From positions 888 to 64,887 of the forward strand of contig NZ_JANPKO010000096.1 in assembly GCF_031426035.1 (NCBI RefSeq): a stretch of 64,000 bases of DNA, given 5' to 3'. The number at the start of each line of letters is the position of its first letter. Position 1 is the stretch's first letter. A program made the position numbers and the translations under genes. Of the stretch, positions 39,493 to 49,035 are shown piece by piece. The stretch comes from Sphingomonas sp. Lineage in GTDB: Bacteria > Pseudomonadota > Alphaproteobacteria > Sphingomonadales > Sphingomonadaceae. The notes below the pieces were generated by a model. That model made no database searches. It was not told the DNA's origin and saw nothing but the letters and a program-made list of their open reading frames with translations.

Positions 39493-41220
39493 ATGCCCGC
39501 CGCGCCGTTCCTGCTGTTCGACGACGCCCGCCCCGGCGGCGCCCCCCCGCGCCTCTATCGCAATCCGGTCGGCGAAGTGGTGGCGCATAGCGAAGCCGAA
39601 GTCCTCCCCGCGCTCGAACAACTCCGCGCCGAGATCGCCAGCGGCCGCCATGCCGCCGGCTTCCTCGCCTACGAAGCCGGCTTCGCGCTCGATCCCGCGC
39701 TGGCGGGCAAGGCGCGTGCCATCGCCGGCCCCTTGCTGTGGTTCGGACTGTTCGACGGGTTCGAGCGCGCGCGGCCCATCTACGGCACCGCGCGCCTCGG
39801 CCCGCCGCGCCCGCGCATTGCCGCCGAAGCCTACCTCGCCGCCGCCGCCCAAGTCCGCGAGCATCTGTTCGCCGGCGATTTCTACCAGGCCAATCTGACC
39901 TTCGGCTGCGACGTGACATTGCTCGGCGACCCGCTCGCCGCATACGCCCAGCTGCGGCGCGAGGCGCTTCCCGGGTGGGGCGGGGTGGTGCGCCACCCCG
40001 GCGGCTGGCTGCTGTCGCTATCGCCCGAGCAGTTTTTTACTATTCGCAACGGGAACGTCGAAGCCAAGCCGATGAAAGGTACCGCGCCGCGCTTCGCCGA
40101 CCCCGCGGCCGATGCCGCCGCCATCGCCCACCTCCGCGGCGACCCCAAGCAGCGCGCCGAGAATCTCATGATCGTCGACCTCTTGCGCAACGACCTCGCG
40201 CGCATCGCGGAGACCGGCAGCGTCGAGGTCCCCGCTCTGTTCGAGGTCGAAAGCTTCCCCACCGTCCACCAGATGGTGTCGCGGGTCACCGCCACCTTGC
40301 GCCCCGGGCTCGACGCGATCGACGTGCTGCGCACGATCTTCCCGTGCGGCTCGATCACCGGCGCGCCCAAGATCTCCGCCATGCTCCATTTGCGCGAGCT
40401 CGAGCCCGAACCGCGCGGCGCCTACACCGGCTCGATGGGCTGGATCGAACCCGGCGGGGATGCGTCATTCAACGTCCTCATCCGCACCCTCGAGCTCGCC
40501 GACGGCGCCGCCGCAGCCCGCCTCGGGCTCGGCTCGGGGCTTGTCGTCGACAGCGTTGCCGCCGATGAATGGGCCGAGTGCCGCCTCAAGGGAGACTATG
40601 TGACCCGCGCCGCCGATTTGCCCGACCTCATCGAGACCATGCGCTTCGACCCCGAGGAGGGGGTGGTCGAGCTGCCGCGCCACTTCCAGCGCCTGCAGCG
40701 CTCGGCGGCCGAGCTCGGCTTCACCTTCGACCATCACGCCGCGCGCAACGAACTCCAGGCCGCGACCTTCGGCAAGAAACATGTCTGCGCCGCGCGCCTG
40801 CTGCTGTCGCCAACCGGCACGATGGCGATCGAGGTCAAGCCGATCGACGAGCCCGCGCCGGGCCCGGTCGAGGTCAAACTTTGCCCATTGCCGGTCGCCA
40901 CCGATGACGCCCGCCTCCGCCACAAGACCAGCGAGCGCGGCTTTTACGACGACGCGCGGACCGCCAGCGGCGCCTTCGAAGTGGTCTTTACCGATCCCGA
41001 AGGCTTCGTCACCGAAGGCAGTTTCACCAACGTCTTCGTCGACCGCGGCGGCACCTTGGTCACCCCGCCGCTCAGCCGCGGCCTGCTCCCCGGCATCCTC
41101 CGCGCGAGCCTGGTCGACAGCGGCAAGGCGATGGAATGCGACCTCATCGCGGCCGACCTCGCCGACGGCTTCTACATCGGCAACATGCTGCGCGGCCTGC
41201 TCCGCGCGCGGCTGGCATGA
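39493..41220 (+). CDS. pabB: Aminodeoxychorismate synthase component I fused to an aminotransferase class IV (lyase) domain
   Basis: PMKGT, ENLMIVDLLRNDL, CGSITGAPK; C-terminal TEGSFTNVF...GLLPGI. Confidence 0.92.
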   Translation: MPAAPFLLFDDARPGGAPPRLYRNPVGEVVAHSEAEVLPALEQLRAEIASGRHAAGFLAYEAGFALDPALAGKARAIAGPLLWFGLFDGFERARPIYGTARLGPPRPRIAAEAYLAAAAQVREHLFAGDFYQANLTFGCDVTLLGDPLAAYAQLRREALPGWGGVVRHPGGWLLSLSPEQFFTIRNGNVEAKPMKGTAPRFADPAADAAAIAHLRGDPKQRAENLMIVDLLRNDLARIAETGSVEVPALFEVESFPTVHQMVSRVTATLRPGLDAIDVLRTIFPCGSITGAPKISAMLHLRELEPEPRGAYTGSMGWIEPGGDASFNVLIRTLELADGAAAARLGLGSGLVVDSVAADEWAECRLKGDYVTRAADLPDLIETMRFDPEEGVVELPRHFQRLQRSAAELGFTFDHHAARNELQAATFGKKHVCAARLLLSPTGTMAIEVKPIDEPAPGPVEVKLCPLPVATDDARLRHKTSERGFYDDARTASGAFEVVFTDPEGFVTEGSFTNVFVDRGGTLVTPPLSRGLLPGILRASLVDSGKAMECDLIAADLADGFYIGNMLRGLLRARLA

Positions 41221-41762
41221 ACAGTTTCCTAGTCCTTCTGGCCGCGATCGCCTCAGCGTCGACTCTTGCCGCGAAACAGGATCAAGCCGGCCCGTACACT
41301 CAAATTGGAACCAGCGGCGACACGTCCGAGGCGTCGAACGGGCGTCTCAGGGCCAAGCTCCTGGTCGTCCCCGATATCGACGCGTTCTGGAAAGCATGGG
41401 AGGTCTCAACGCCACCGCAGATTGTCACGACCGACACGATTACGCACGCCAAGCCCGTTCACGCCGTAATCGTGTTCAGCGGCTGCACCCCCGGGGGCGA
41501 CGGGCAGTGCAAATTGTCGGTGACATTCGCCGTGACCGCGCCAGACGGTCGGCCTTATGACAAGGAAACTACCGCCGCAGCATGGGAGGGGCCGGCCGGC
41601 GGCGACCACCTGCTCGCGTCATCGGCATCGTTCGGATTTCACCTGGAGACAACGGACCAACTCGGTCGCTACCAGATGAAGGCGACCCTAACCGACGAGA
41701 TTTCGCGAACTTCCTTAACCATCAGAAAGGCCGTGGTCGCGGTTGCCGCCTCAGGCCGCTAG
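41217..41762 (+). CDS. Secreted hypothetical protein
   Basis: ATGA overlap with pabB; signal peptide; two cysteines; beta-rich. Confidence 0.65.
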   Translation: MNSFLVLLAAIASASTLAAKQDQAGPYTQIGTSGDTSEASNGRLRAKLLVVPDIDAFWKAWEVSTPPQIVTTDTITHAKPVHAVIVFSGCTPGGDGQCKLSVTFAVTAPDGRPYDKETTAAAWEGPAGGDHLLASSASFGFHLETTDQLGRYQMKATLTDEISRTSLTIRKAVVAVAASGR

Positions 41763-42413
41763 CGGAAACCGCAGCAGGCGGTCGGCGATCGGCACCAGGG
41801 CCGCCGCCGGCCCGCCGACATGGCGCATGATCTCGGGGTGCGCGGCGTCGAGCCCGCCGGTCAGCGAGCCGAACGCGGGCAGGATCAGCTTGGTCGCCGA
41901 CGCCACGAAGCACCGCCGCGACACGTTGCGCCCGTGCAGATGGAGCCGCAATTTGGGGTGGAAATGCCCCGAGATCTCGCCGCGCGGCTCGCCCACCACC
42001 GCCTCGTGGCGCAGCACGATCCCGCCAACCTCGACCTCGTCGGCGATCCGCCCGCCGCACAAGTCGGAAAAACCCGGGTCGTGGTTGCCGACGATCCACA
42101 CCCAGTCGAGCGCCGCGGTCAGCCCGGTCAGCATCGCGCGCGGCGCCGCGGGCAGCCGGTCGCACCCCTGAGGATCGTGAAAGCTGTCGCCGAGGCAATA
42201 TAATCGCGCCGCGCCGGTGCGCTCGACCATCGCCGCGACCGCGCTGAGCGTCGCCGCCGAATCGTACGGCGGCAAGAACTGCCCCCCCACCGCGAACCAG
42301 CTCGCTTTCTCGAGGTGCAAATCGGCGAGCAGCAAGGCGTTTTGCTCGGGCCAGAACAACGCGCCCTCGCCACAAGCGGCAAACTCCGCACCAGCGAACG
42401 AAAGGGGAACCAT
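41751..42413 (-). CDS. pdeM: Ligase-associated DNA damage response metallophosphoesterase/endonuclease
   Basis: DLHLEK, GDSFHD, GNHD, HE, GHFHP. Confidence 0.92.
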   Translation of the reverse strand: MVPLSFAGAEFAACGEGALFWPEQNALLLADLHLEKASWFAVGGQFLPPYDSAATLSAVAAMVERTGAARLYCLGDSFHDPQGCDRLPAAPRAMLTGLTAALDWVWIVGNHDPGFSDLCGGRIADEVEVGGIVLRHEAVVGEPRGEISGHFHPKLRLHLHGRNVSRRCFVASATKLILPAFGSLTGGLDAAHPEIMRHVGGPAAALVPIADRLLRFPLAA

Positions 42414-42452
42414 AGCCAGCGCTTTACCGCGTTGGCGGGGGATTGAAAGCCC

Positions 42453-42905
42453 TCACTCCAGCGTGTCGCAGACATGGTCGCGCAGCGCCCTTGCGTCGTG
42501 CAGCGCGTTGTGCGGGACCTTGCTGTTGTCGGCGGTGCTGAACCCCGGCATCGGATAGATCCGGAACAGCATCTCGGGGATCGGCACCATGTCCCCCGGC
42601 CCGGTCAGCAGCAGCATGCACAATTGCGCGATATCCTCGGGCCAGTCGGCGACGATCTCGGGCGAGCGGTCGGGCGCGAGATAGGCCGACAGCGCATCGG
42701 CCGCCGCGCGGCGGCTCACCGGCGCCGCTTTCATCCCCACGGGAACATGGTCGAGGTAGGGCAGCACATGGCGCTCGACCCACGGGTGGATCGGCCCCTC
42801 GCACTCGACGATGACATAGAATTCCTCGCCATGGTCGGGGACCAAAGCAAGGCTGATCAGGCCTCCGCCAAAGCCGTTGAACTCGGTGTCGAGGAAATAG
42901 CGCAT
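42453..42905 (-). CDS. DEDDh 3'-5' exoribonuclease (RNase AS/Rv2179c-like)
   Basis: MRYFLDTEF...LISLAL...PWVERHVLP...HNALHDAR. Confidence 0.8.
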   Translation of the reverse strand: MRYFLDTEFNGFGGGLISLALVPDHGEEFYVIVECEGPIHPWVERHVLPYLDHVPVGMKAAPVSRRAAADALSAYLAPDRSPEIVADWPEDIAQLCMLLLTGPGDMVPIPEMLFRIYPMPGFSTADNSKVPHNALHDARALRDHVCDTLE

Positions 42906-42967
42906 CGCGCCGCTCTTGGCGCGCCGCCGCCCGCCTTGTCCATCCCGCGCCCATCCTTCGAACGGCG

Positions 42968-43549
42968 TCAGTCGACCTGCCATTCGATCGGCTTGAACGA
43001 CCCGTTGTTCGATTGCAGCGCCGAGCAGGCAGTCAGCCCGATGATCAAATCCATCCGCGATTCGAACACGATCCGGTCCCCCGCTTTCGAGCGCGGCGGC
43101 TCGACCGACAGTCGGCCGCTCACCCCGTCCACCACGACGTGCATGAAGCAGTTGAACGCGGTCGGGATCATGTCCTCTTCAATCCCGTACGGCGCCAGCG
43201 CCTCAGCCAGATTGCCGAAGCATCCGCGGTGCGGGTCGGTATCGCCATAGATGATCCGGAACGTGTCCTTCGAGCACGGAGTCAGCAGAAAATCATGCCG
43301 CCCGACATCGTCGGCGACGATCTCGAGCATCACGTTCGAGCGGTTCGAATACAGCGGGTCGCCCGTCGTCAGGTAAATCTTCGACGCATAATCGAGCGTC
43401 CGCCCGGCGCTGATCACCTCGCGCACGTCGTCGCGGCTGTACGCGAGCAAATCGGCCACCTGCTCACCCTGCGGGTCGATCACCGTCAGCGTCTGCCCCT
43501 TGGCGAGCGTCAACGCGACCCCCGACCGCGGCGCGATTTCATGCGGCAT
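42968..43549 (-). CDS. DUF1989 (urea carboxylase-associated) family protein
   Basis: IDPQGEQVADL, HDFLLTPCS, HRGCFGNL, AFNCFM, LTACSA. Confidence 0.9.
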   Translation of the reverse strand: MPHEIAPRSGVALTLAKGQTLTVIDPQGEQVADLLAYSRDDVREVISAGRTLDYASKIYLTTGDPLYSNRSNVMLEIVADDVGRHDFLLTPCSKDTFRIIYGDTDPHRGCFGNLAEALAPYGIEEDMIPTAFNCFMHVVVDGVSGRLSVEPPRSKAGDRIVFESRMDLIIGLTACSALQSNNGSFKPIEWQVD

Positions 43550-44231
43550 CGCGGCGCCCCCGCCCCGTGAACGGGCACGCCCATTCGCCGTCCACTGCGC
43601 GCCCGCTATACTGCCGCGCCGCCGACAGCGTGCCGTGCGGCGCCAGCATCGGGTTGGCCGATCCCGCCAGCGCGACATCGCGCCCGATGATTGTTTCGCG
43701 CAACTTGTCGTAGCGCCCCTCGGCGCGCAGCGTCTCGAACTGGTCGTGGAGGTTGAACACCATCGCCGGAAAAGCGAACCGCCGCGCCGGCCGGCTCGCC
43801 TTGGGATGCAGCCCGACCACGAAAAACGCCTCGCCGCCAAAGCTCATCGCGAAATGCGGGTCGGCCGGGTCGTGCGCCACGCGCGCGTCGGGCGGCTGGC
43901 CGAGCCATTCGTCCTTGTCGCTCAGCGATTGCAGCCGCCGCCACAGGATGCGTTCAAACTCTTCCTCGCTGTCGGGCGCGCCGCTCTCGAAGATCACCAC
44001 CAGCGACTGGAACAGTTGCGGGTCGGCGCGATACGATCTGGCGAGGTCGAGCAGCGCCGGGATGACCCGCAGATCGTCCCACCCCGAGCGGAAATCGCGC
44101 GCCGCGACGAACCGCATGCCGTCGCGGTTGAGCGCCGCCTTGGCCCCTACGCACGGGAAATCCGCGGCGGCGATGAACTCGGCCAGCCGGCTCGCCAGCG
44201 GGTGGCCTTTATCGTCGGGTACGCACAACAT
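43539..44231 (-). CDS. YqcI/YcgG family (GntA/DcsA-like heme hydroxylase)
   Basis: FPCVGAK, FAMSFGGEAFFVVGLHP..SRPARRF, VFNLHDQF. Confidence 0.85.
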   Translation of the reverse strand: MLCVPDDKGHPLASRLAEFIAAADFPCVGAKAALNRDGMRFVAARDFRSGWDDLRVIPALLDLARSYRADPQLFQSLVVIFESGAPDSEEEFERILWRRLQSLSDKDEWLGQPPDARVAHDPADPHFAMSFGGEAFFVVGLHPKASRPARRFAFPAMVFNLHDQFETLRAEGRYDKLRETIIGRDVALAGSANPMLAPHGTLSAARQYSGRAVDGEWACPFTGRGRRDAA

Positions 44232-44365
44232 CCGCCCGCAACGATGCGCCCGCGGATTAAGTTGCAGACCAAGACTTTATACCGTGTCGCCTCCGCCCCG
44301 CCCCCCGGCTGGACAGCGCGGCTTCGGCAAGCGATGTTCCGGCAATACAAGCAGGGGAAAATTCG

Positions 44366-45874
44366 ATGCGCATGATCTGCCGCGGCCTGGTCGCCGCGCT
44401 TGGCCTGACCACCGCGATCGCCGCGACTGCGCAAACCCCCAACCGCGGCGAGCTCGCGGCGGCGGTCAAGGCGGGCCACGCCGCCAACGTCCAGGCGCTC
44501 CAGGACTGGATCAAGCTCCCCACCATCGCCGCCGAAAAGCTCAACGTGGTCGAAGGCGCCGAGCATATGCGCCGCCTCGCGCTCGACGCCGGCTTCCAGC
44601 AGGCGACGGTGGTCCAGACCAGCGGCGTCCCCGGCGTGTTCGCCACCCTCGACGCCGGCGCGCGCGACTGCATCGGCCTCTACTTCATGTACGACGTCAA
44701 GCAGTTCGATGCCGCAGAATGGAGCTCGCCCCCGCTCGAGGCGCGGATCGTCGACCGCTCCGGCGAAGGCAAGGCGATCGTCGGCCGCGGCGCGGTCAAC
44801 CAGAAGGGGCCGGAGATCGCCTTCCTCGCCGCCCTGAAGGCGTTCAAGGCTACGGGGCGCAAGCTCCCCGTCAACGTCGTGCTGGTCGCCGAGGGCGAGG
44901 AGGAGATCGGCTCGCCCAACTTCAAGCAGGTCATCGCCAACCCCGCCGTGCTCCCCGCGCTCAAGCAGTGCATCGGCGTGTTCATCCCCGGCGCCGGCCA
45001 GTCGTCGACCGGCTCGGCCAGCGTCGAATTGGGCGCCAAGGGCATCGTCGAATTGCAGCTGATCGCGAGCGGCGAGAAATGGGGCCGCGGCCCGAGCAAG
45101 GATGTCCACTCGAGCCTGATGGCGAGCGTCGACAGCCCCGCGTGGCGGCTGGTCAAGGCGCTCGGCACCCTGGTCAAGGACGACGGCCACACCCCCGCGG
45201 TGGCCGGCTGGTTCGAGCATGTCAAACCGCTCACCGCGCGCCAGAAGACCCTGATCGCCGAGGCCGCGGCCAAGGACAATGAGGCCGACGTGATGAAGGG
45301 CCTCGGCCTCAAGAAATGGATCGCCGACGAGGATTTCACCACTGCCATGCAGCGCCTCGCGTCGCAGCCGACGATCAACATCCAGGGGCTGGTCAGCGGC
45401 TACATGGGCCCCGGCGGCAAGACCGTGTTGCCCGGCCGCGCCGAAGCCAAGATCGACCTGCGGCTCGTGCCCGACATGACCCGCGAGGACGCCGTCGCCA
45501 AGCTGAAGGCGCACCTCGTCCAGCACGGCTACCCCGACATCGAGGTCAATGTCAGCGGCGGCTACGACCCGACCCAGACCGAGGAGGACAGCCTGCTCGT
45601 CCGCACCCAGAAGGCGGTGCTCGAGCGCGCCGGCGTGGCTTTTTCGGTCGAGCCGCGCGCGGCCGGCTCATGGCCCGGCGTGGTGTTCACCGGCGCCCCA
45701 CTCAACTTGCCGGCGGGCGGCTTCGGCATCGGCCGCGGCTCGGGCGCCCACGCCCCCAACGAATGGTATTTGATCGAAAGCGCCAACCCCAAAATCGCCG
45801 GGCTGGACGAATCCGCGATGTTCTACGTCGATTATCTATACGAGGTCGCGGCGGCGGCGAAGCGGGGGCGGTAG
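44366..45874 (+). CDS. M20/M25/M40 family peptidase
   Basis: MYDVK, GAVNQKG, EGEEEIGS, AHAPNE; signal peptide. Confidence 0.9.
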   Translation: MRMICRGLVAALGLTTAIAATAQTPNRGELAAAVKAGHAANVQALQDWIKLPTIAAEKLNVVEGAEHMRRLALDAGFQQATVVQTSGVPGVFATLDAGARDCIGLYFMYDVKQFDAAEWSSPPLEARIVDRSGEGKAIVGRGAVNQKGPEIAFLAALKAFKATGRKLPVNVVLVAEGEEEIGSPNFKQVIANPAVLPALKQCIGVFIPGAGQSSTGSASVELGAKGIVELQLIASGEKWGRGPSKDVHSSLMASVDSPAWRLVKALGTLVKDDGHTPAVAGWFEHVKPLTARQKTLIAEAAAKDNEADVMKGLGLKKWIADEDFTTAMQRLASQPTINIQGLVSGYMGPGGKTVLPGRAEAKIDLRLVPDMTREDAVAKLKAHLVQHGYPDIEVNVSGGYDPTQTEEDSLLVRTQKAVLERAGVAFSVEPRAAGSWPGVVFTGAPLNLPAGGFGIGRGSGAHAPNEWYLIESANPKIAGLDESAMFYVDYLYEVAAAAKRGR

Positions 45875-46030
45875 GAGCATCTTTCAGGCGTGAAAGCGAA
45901 GTGCGCGCGGCGTAGGGCAGCCATGTCGACAGGCCGGGGAGAGGGTGTCCGAATTCGGATCGTCTCAGGCGCTGCAATACATTACCCGGCGGGAGGCGCC
46001 AGCGAACCAGTCCCTGTTTTCATTGACGGC

Positions 46031-46062
46031 GAATGTCCGCTTTCGACCCAAAGCAGACATTC
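46031..46062. repeat. Palindromic repeat R1
   Basis: GAATGTCCGCTTT-CGACCC-AAAGCAGACATTC, a 13-bp stem with 1 mismatch, flanked on both sides by GACGGC. Confidence 0.85.
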
Positions 46063-46106
46063 GACGGCAGAAGGCTTGCGTCCGTTCCGTTGAGACGGAC
46101 CGTCGA

Positions 46107-48263
46107 TCAGAAACTGAAGTCGTTCACGCTCAAGGAATCGGTGACGACATCAATCCGGATGTCAGCCCCGCCACCGTCCACGTCCGCATAGACAACGTAC
46201 AAGCCTGGGACGCTAGAGCTGGTAACCCACCAGATTTGACCCGCTACACCGGTACCGAAGGCAACATAGGTGAAGGCTTCGTTTGCTCTGACATCCGGAT
46301 TGTAAATGGCGTCGATTGCCGACAGGTCGATCCCATCAGATATCTGGGGGACGCCACCCGATACGAAGTCGTGGATCGTGTCGAAAGAAGCAATCGTAGA
46401 GTCCTGCCACGAGACGAAGACGAACCGGTCGGAGAAGCCGCCGCCCCACAAGTTATCAGCCCCGCTGTCCCCCTGCAGAACATCAGCGAAATCGGCGCCG
46501 CGCAAGATGTCGTTTCCGCTGCCGCCGTACAGTTGGTAATTATAACCGACCAAATTTCCGTTGCCAGCGGTCAATGTGTCATTTCCGCCCTGTCCGTAGA
46601 GATATCCGCCCTGAGACCATTGAAACGAAATGTTGTTGTCGAGCTCGTTGCCATACATGGTCCCATAAAAAACGGAAACGGGAGCTCCGTTTTCGACGTT
46701 TGCGGGTAGCACGTAGAAATCGAGCGTGGTTTCCAGATACTCGATCCCTTCACCGATGTTCTCCACGACCGTGTTTCCGGCGCTATGGATATAATACGTG
46801 TCGTCTCCGGCACCGCCCACTAGTAGATCGCCATCGCCGTAGCTGCTGAGCACGTCGTTGCCCGCGCCACCGTAAAGCGAGTCGCTCCCGGGGCCTCCGT
46901 TGAGCCCGTCATTGCCGCTGCCGCCGGTAAGGATGTTGTCACCGGCATTGCCATTAATGCTGACACCATAGCCCAGAGCCGCGGCATTGACGTTAAGCGC
47001 GGTGGTGCCGGTGGTGTCGGCCCCGCCGCCCAATCCGGTCCCAGCGAGGCCCGTACCGATCACAATCCGCTCTATGCCTGTGTCGCCCGCATAGAGGACA
47101 AGCGTGTCGTCGGCGATCGTTGAAGTGAAGCGCACCTCGTTTTCATAAAATCCGCTTTCGGTGTCGGCAAACTCGGCCGCGCCATGGTCCGCTCCTGTCG
47201 CCACGATGTAAACGTCATGACCATCTTGTCCATTTAGAGCGTCGATCCCGGGGCCGCCGATCAGGATGTCGTGGCCGCCGCTGCCATTCAGGATGTCGTT
47301 GCCGCCGCGGCCGTCGAGAATGTTGTGGCCGGCATTGCCGAGGATGTGCTGAGAAAAATCGTTACCGGTGAGGTTGATCGCGCCTGTTCCGGCGGTGTTT
47401 GTCGTGGTCAAGATCTCGATCTGAGCGGCTGCCGCAAGAGCGTAACTGACCGAAGCGAGAATACGATCGGAGAAGCCGCCGCTGGCGCCCTCGGTCACCT
47501 GGTCGCCGGCATTGTCGACATAATACCAGTCGTTGCCCCCGTAGCCGATCATTGTATCGGCTCCGCCGCCGCCGTTCAGGATGTTGGCGCCTGCATTTCC
47601 GGTCAGCGTCTGGGCAAAGCCGTTGCCCGTCAAATTGATCGCGGTCGTCGCCGCTGCCACGGAAGCGCTGAGGATTTCGACCTGGGTCGAGGCGTTCAGC
47701 GCATAACTGACCGTTGTGAAGACCCGGTCGAGGCCGCCGCCCGCCGCCTCGGTGACAATGTCGGCGGCCGTGTCGACATAATAAAAATCGTTGCCGGCAA
47801 AGCCGACCAGCGTGTCGGCGCCGCCACCGCCGTTCAAGGTATTGACGCCGGCGTTGCCGTGGATGGTCTGGACGAAGGAATTGCCGGTCAGATTAAGCGC
47901 CGTCGTCCCTGCCGTGTTGGTGGTCGTGAGGATTTCGACATGCGCTCCTGCGGCGAGCGCGTAGCTCACAGAAGACAGAATACGGTCGGTTCCTCCGTCG
48001 GCGAGCTCGATGACCGTGTCCGCTGCAGCGTCGACGTAAAACCAGTCGTTGCCGGCTCCGCCGTCCATCCTGTCGGCGCCAGTGCCGCCGTTGAGCGTGT
48101 CGTTGCCCAAGTCGCCGAAGAGGTAATCGTTGCCGCCTAGGCCGTAGATTGTGTCGTTACCGGTTGTCACCCCGCTAATGTCGGCATGGCCCGCAGGGAC
48201 ACTGCGCCCATCTCCGGCGCGGTGGATAAAATCATTACCGTTGCTACCGTTGACGACGGGCAT
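46107..48263 (-). CDS. RTX/hemolysin-type calcium-binding repeat protein
   Basis: Many GGxGxDxL nonapeptides, three ~66-aa tandem modules, serralysin-like C-terminus; GGAGG RBS. Confidence 0.9.
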   Translation of the reverse strand: MPVVNGSNGNDFIHRAGDGRSVPAGHADISGVTTGNDTIYGLGGNDYLFGDLGNDTLNGGTGADRMDGGAGNDWFYVDAAADTVIELADGGTDRILSSVSYALAAGAHVEILTTTNTAGTTALNLTGNSFVQTIHGNAGVNTLNGGGGADTLVGFAGNDFYYVDTAADIVTEAAGGGLDRVFTTVSYALNASTQVEILSASVAAATTAINLTGNGFAQTLTGNAGANILNGGGGADTMIGYGGNDWYYVDNAGDQVTEGASGGFSDRILASVSYALAAAAQIEILTTTNTAGTGAINLTGNDFSQHILGNAGHNILDGRGGNDILNGSGGHDILIGGPGIDALNGQDGHDVYIVATGADHGAAEFADTESGFYENEVRFTSTIADDTLVLYAGDTGIERIVIGTGLAGTGLGGGADTTGTTALNVNAAALGYGVSINGNAGDNILTGGSGNDGLNGGPGSDSLYGGAGNDVLSSYGDGDLLVGGAGDDTYYIHSAGNTVVENIGEGIEYLETTLDFYVLPANVENGAPVSVFYGTMYGNELDNNISFQWSQGGYLYGQGGNDTLTAGNGNLVGYNYQLYGGSGNDILRGADFADVLQGDSGADNLWGGGFSDRFVFVSWQDSTIASFDTIHDFVSGGVPQISDGIDLSAIDAIYNPDVRANEAFTYVAFGTGVAGQIWWVTSSSVPGLYVVYADVDGGGADIRIDVVTDSLSVNDFSF

Positions 48264-48380
48264 AACGATCCTCCTCGCGGCGGCGTAGCCCACTAGGAAT
48301 TATCAAGTTTTTCTGCGGCCCCGCATGTTCAGCCTACGCTGCTGGTCCAGCGAGTCAATCATCCACCAGCAAGGCTTCCC

Positions 48381-48408
48381 ATGTCCGCTTTCCACCCATT
48401 GCGGACAT
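48381..48408. repeat. Palindromic repeat R2
   Basis: ATGTCCGC-TTTCCACCCATT-GCGGACAT, directly abutting the TGA at 48409-48411. Confidence 0.85.
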
Positions 48409-48972
48409 TCATCCTCGTGGGTCAGTCAGCTTTTTGAATGCGGCCCACAGGTAAACTGCGAACAGTGTGCCGCTTCCGATGGCCCATGCCCAAGTAGCAA
48501 TTGACCCAGGCAGCGAAATCAATGCGCCAAAGAACATGGCCCCAGTCAGAAGGAGCGCAAAGATTATAAACGGCCAATTGAGCATTGCGCGAACCTCTCG
48601 CCGGACTTGGCAAGCGGAGCGCGGTGGAGCGATGTCGGGACGGCCACTGACTAGGCGGCGAGGTGCCAAGCTAGACCAGAGCAGCCACCCGGTCACGGAT
48701 GCTACACACGCAGCGATGATGACCCAATCTGTCCGCTCTGGCAGTGCCAGAGCTTGCGACAAAAGCGTCCAGACCAAAATTGCCAGACCGACTAGTCCAG
48801 CAGTTTTCCAAGTTCCACGTCTGCTTGCAACCCGTTGCCAGTTAGCCGCAAGAGCTTCAAATTCTTCGTCAGTCACGAGCTTACCACCCGCGCGTTTCGA
48901 CGGGTAATAGAGGTATCCGCCTTCGACCGGCTTAAACTGTTTGGTGAAGGCCCCGATTGCATCAAACATCAT
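48409..48972 (-). CDS. Hypothetical membrane protein
   Basis: 187 aa, four hydrophobic segments, lower GC, AAGGGTGA RBS. Confidence 0.8.
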   Translation of the reverse strand: MMFDAIGAFTKQFKPVEGGYLYYPSKRAGGKLVTDEEFEALAANWQRVASRRGTWKTAGLVGLAILVWTLLSQALALPERTDWVIIAACVASVTGWLLWSSLAPRRLVSGRPDIAPPRSACQVRREVRAMLNWPFIIFALLLTGAMFFGALISLPGSIATWAWAIGSGTLFAVYLWAAFKKLTDPRG

Positions 48973-48998
48973 TCACCCTTTTTGGAGCAGCATTGCCG

Positions 48999-49035
48999 AT
49001 CTAATCGCCGCTTTCCACCATTGCGGACGTTAGAC
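48999..49035. repeat. Palindromic repeat R3 with attC-like ends
   Basis: ATCTAAT-CGCCGCTTTCCACCATTGCGGAC-GTTAGAC; overlaps the TAA at 49030-49032. Confidence 0.8.

Noticed and set aside
44237-44248. Guanidine-II riboswitch (CGCA-ACGA-TGCG hairpin) upstream of the YqcI/DUF1989 pair
   Set aside because: The ACGA loop is on the plus strand while the genes are on the minus strand, and only one hairpin is present where two are required.
45945-46709. 254-aa plus-strand ORF in the island
   Set aside because: Antisense to the RTX C-terminus and reads through repeat R1; probably spurious.
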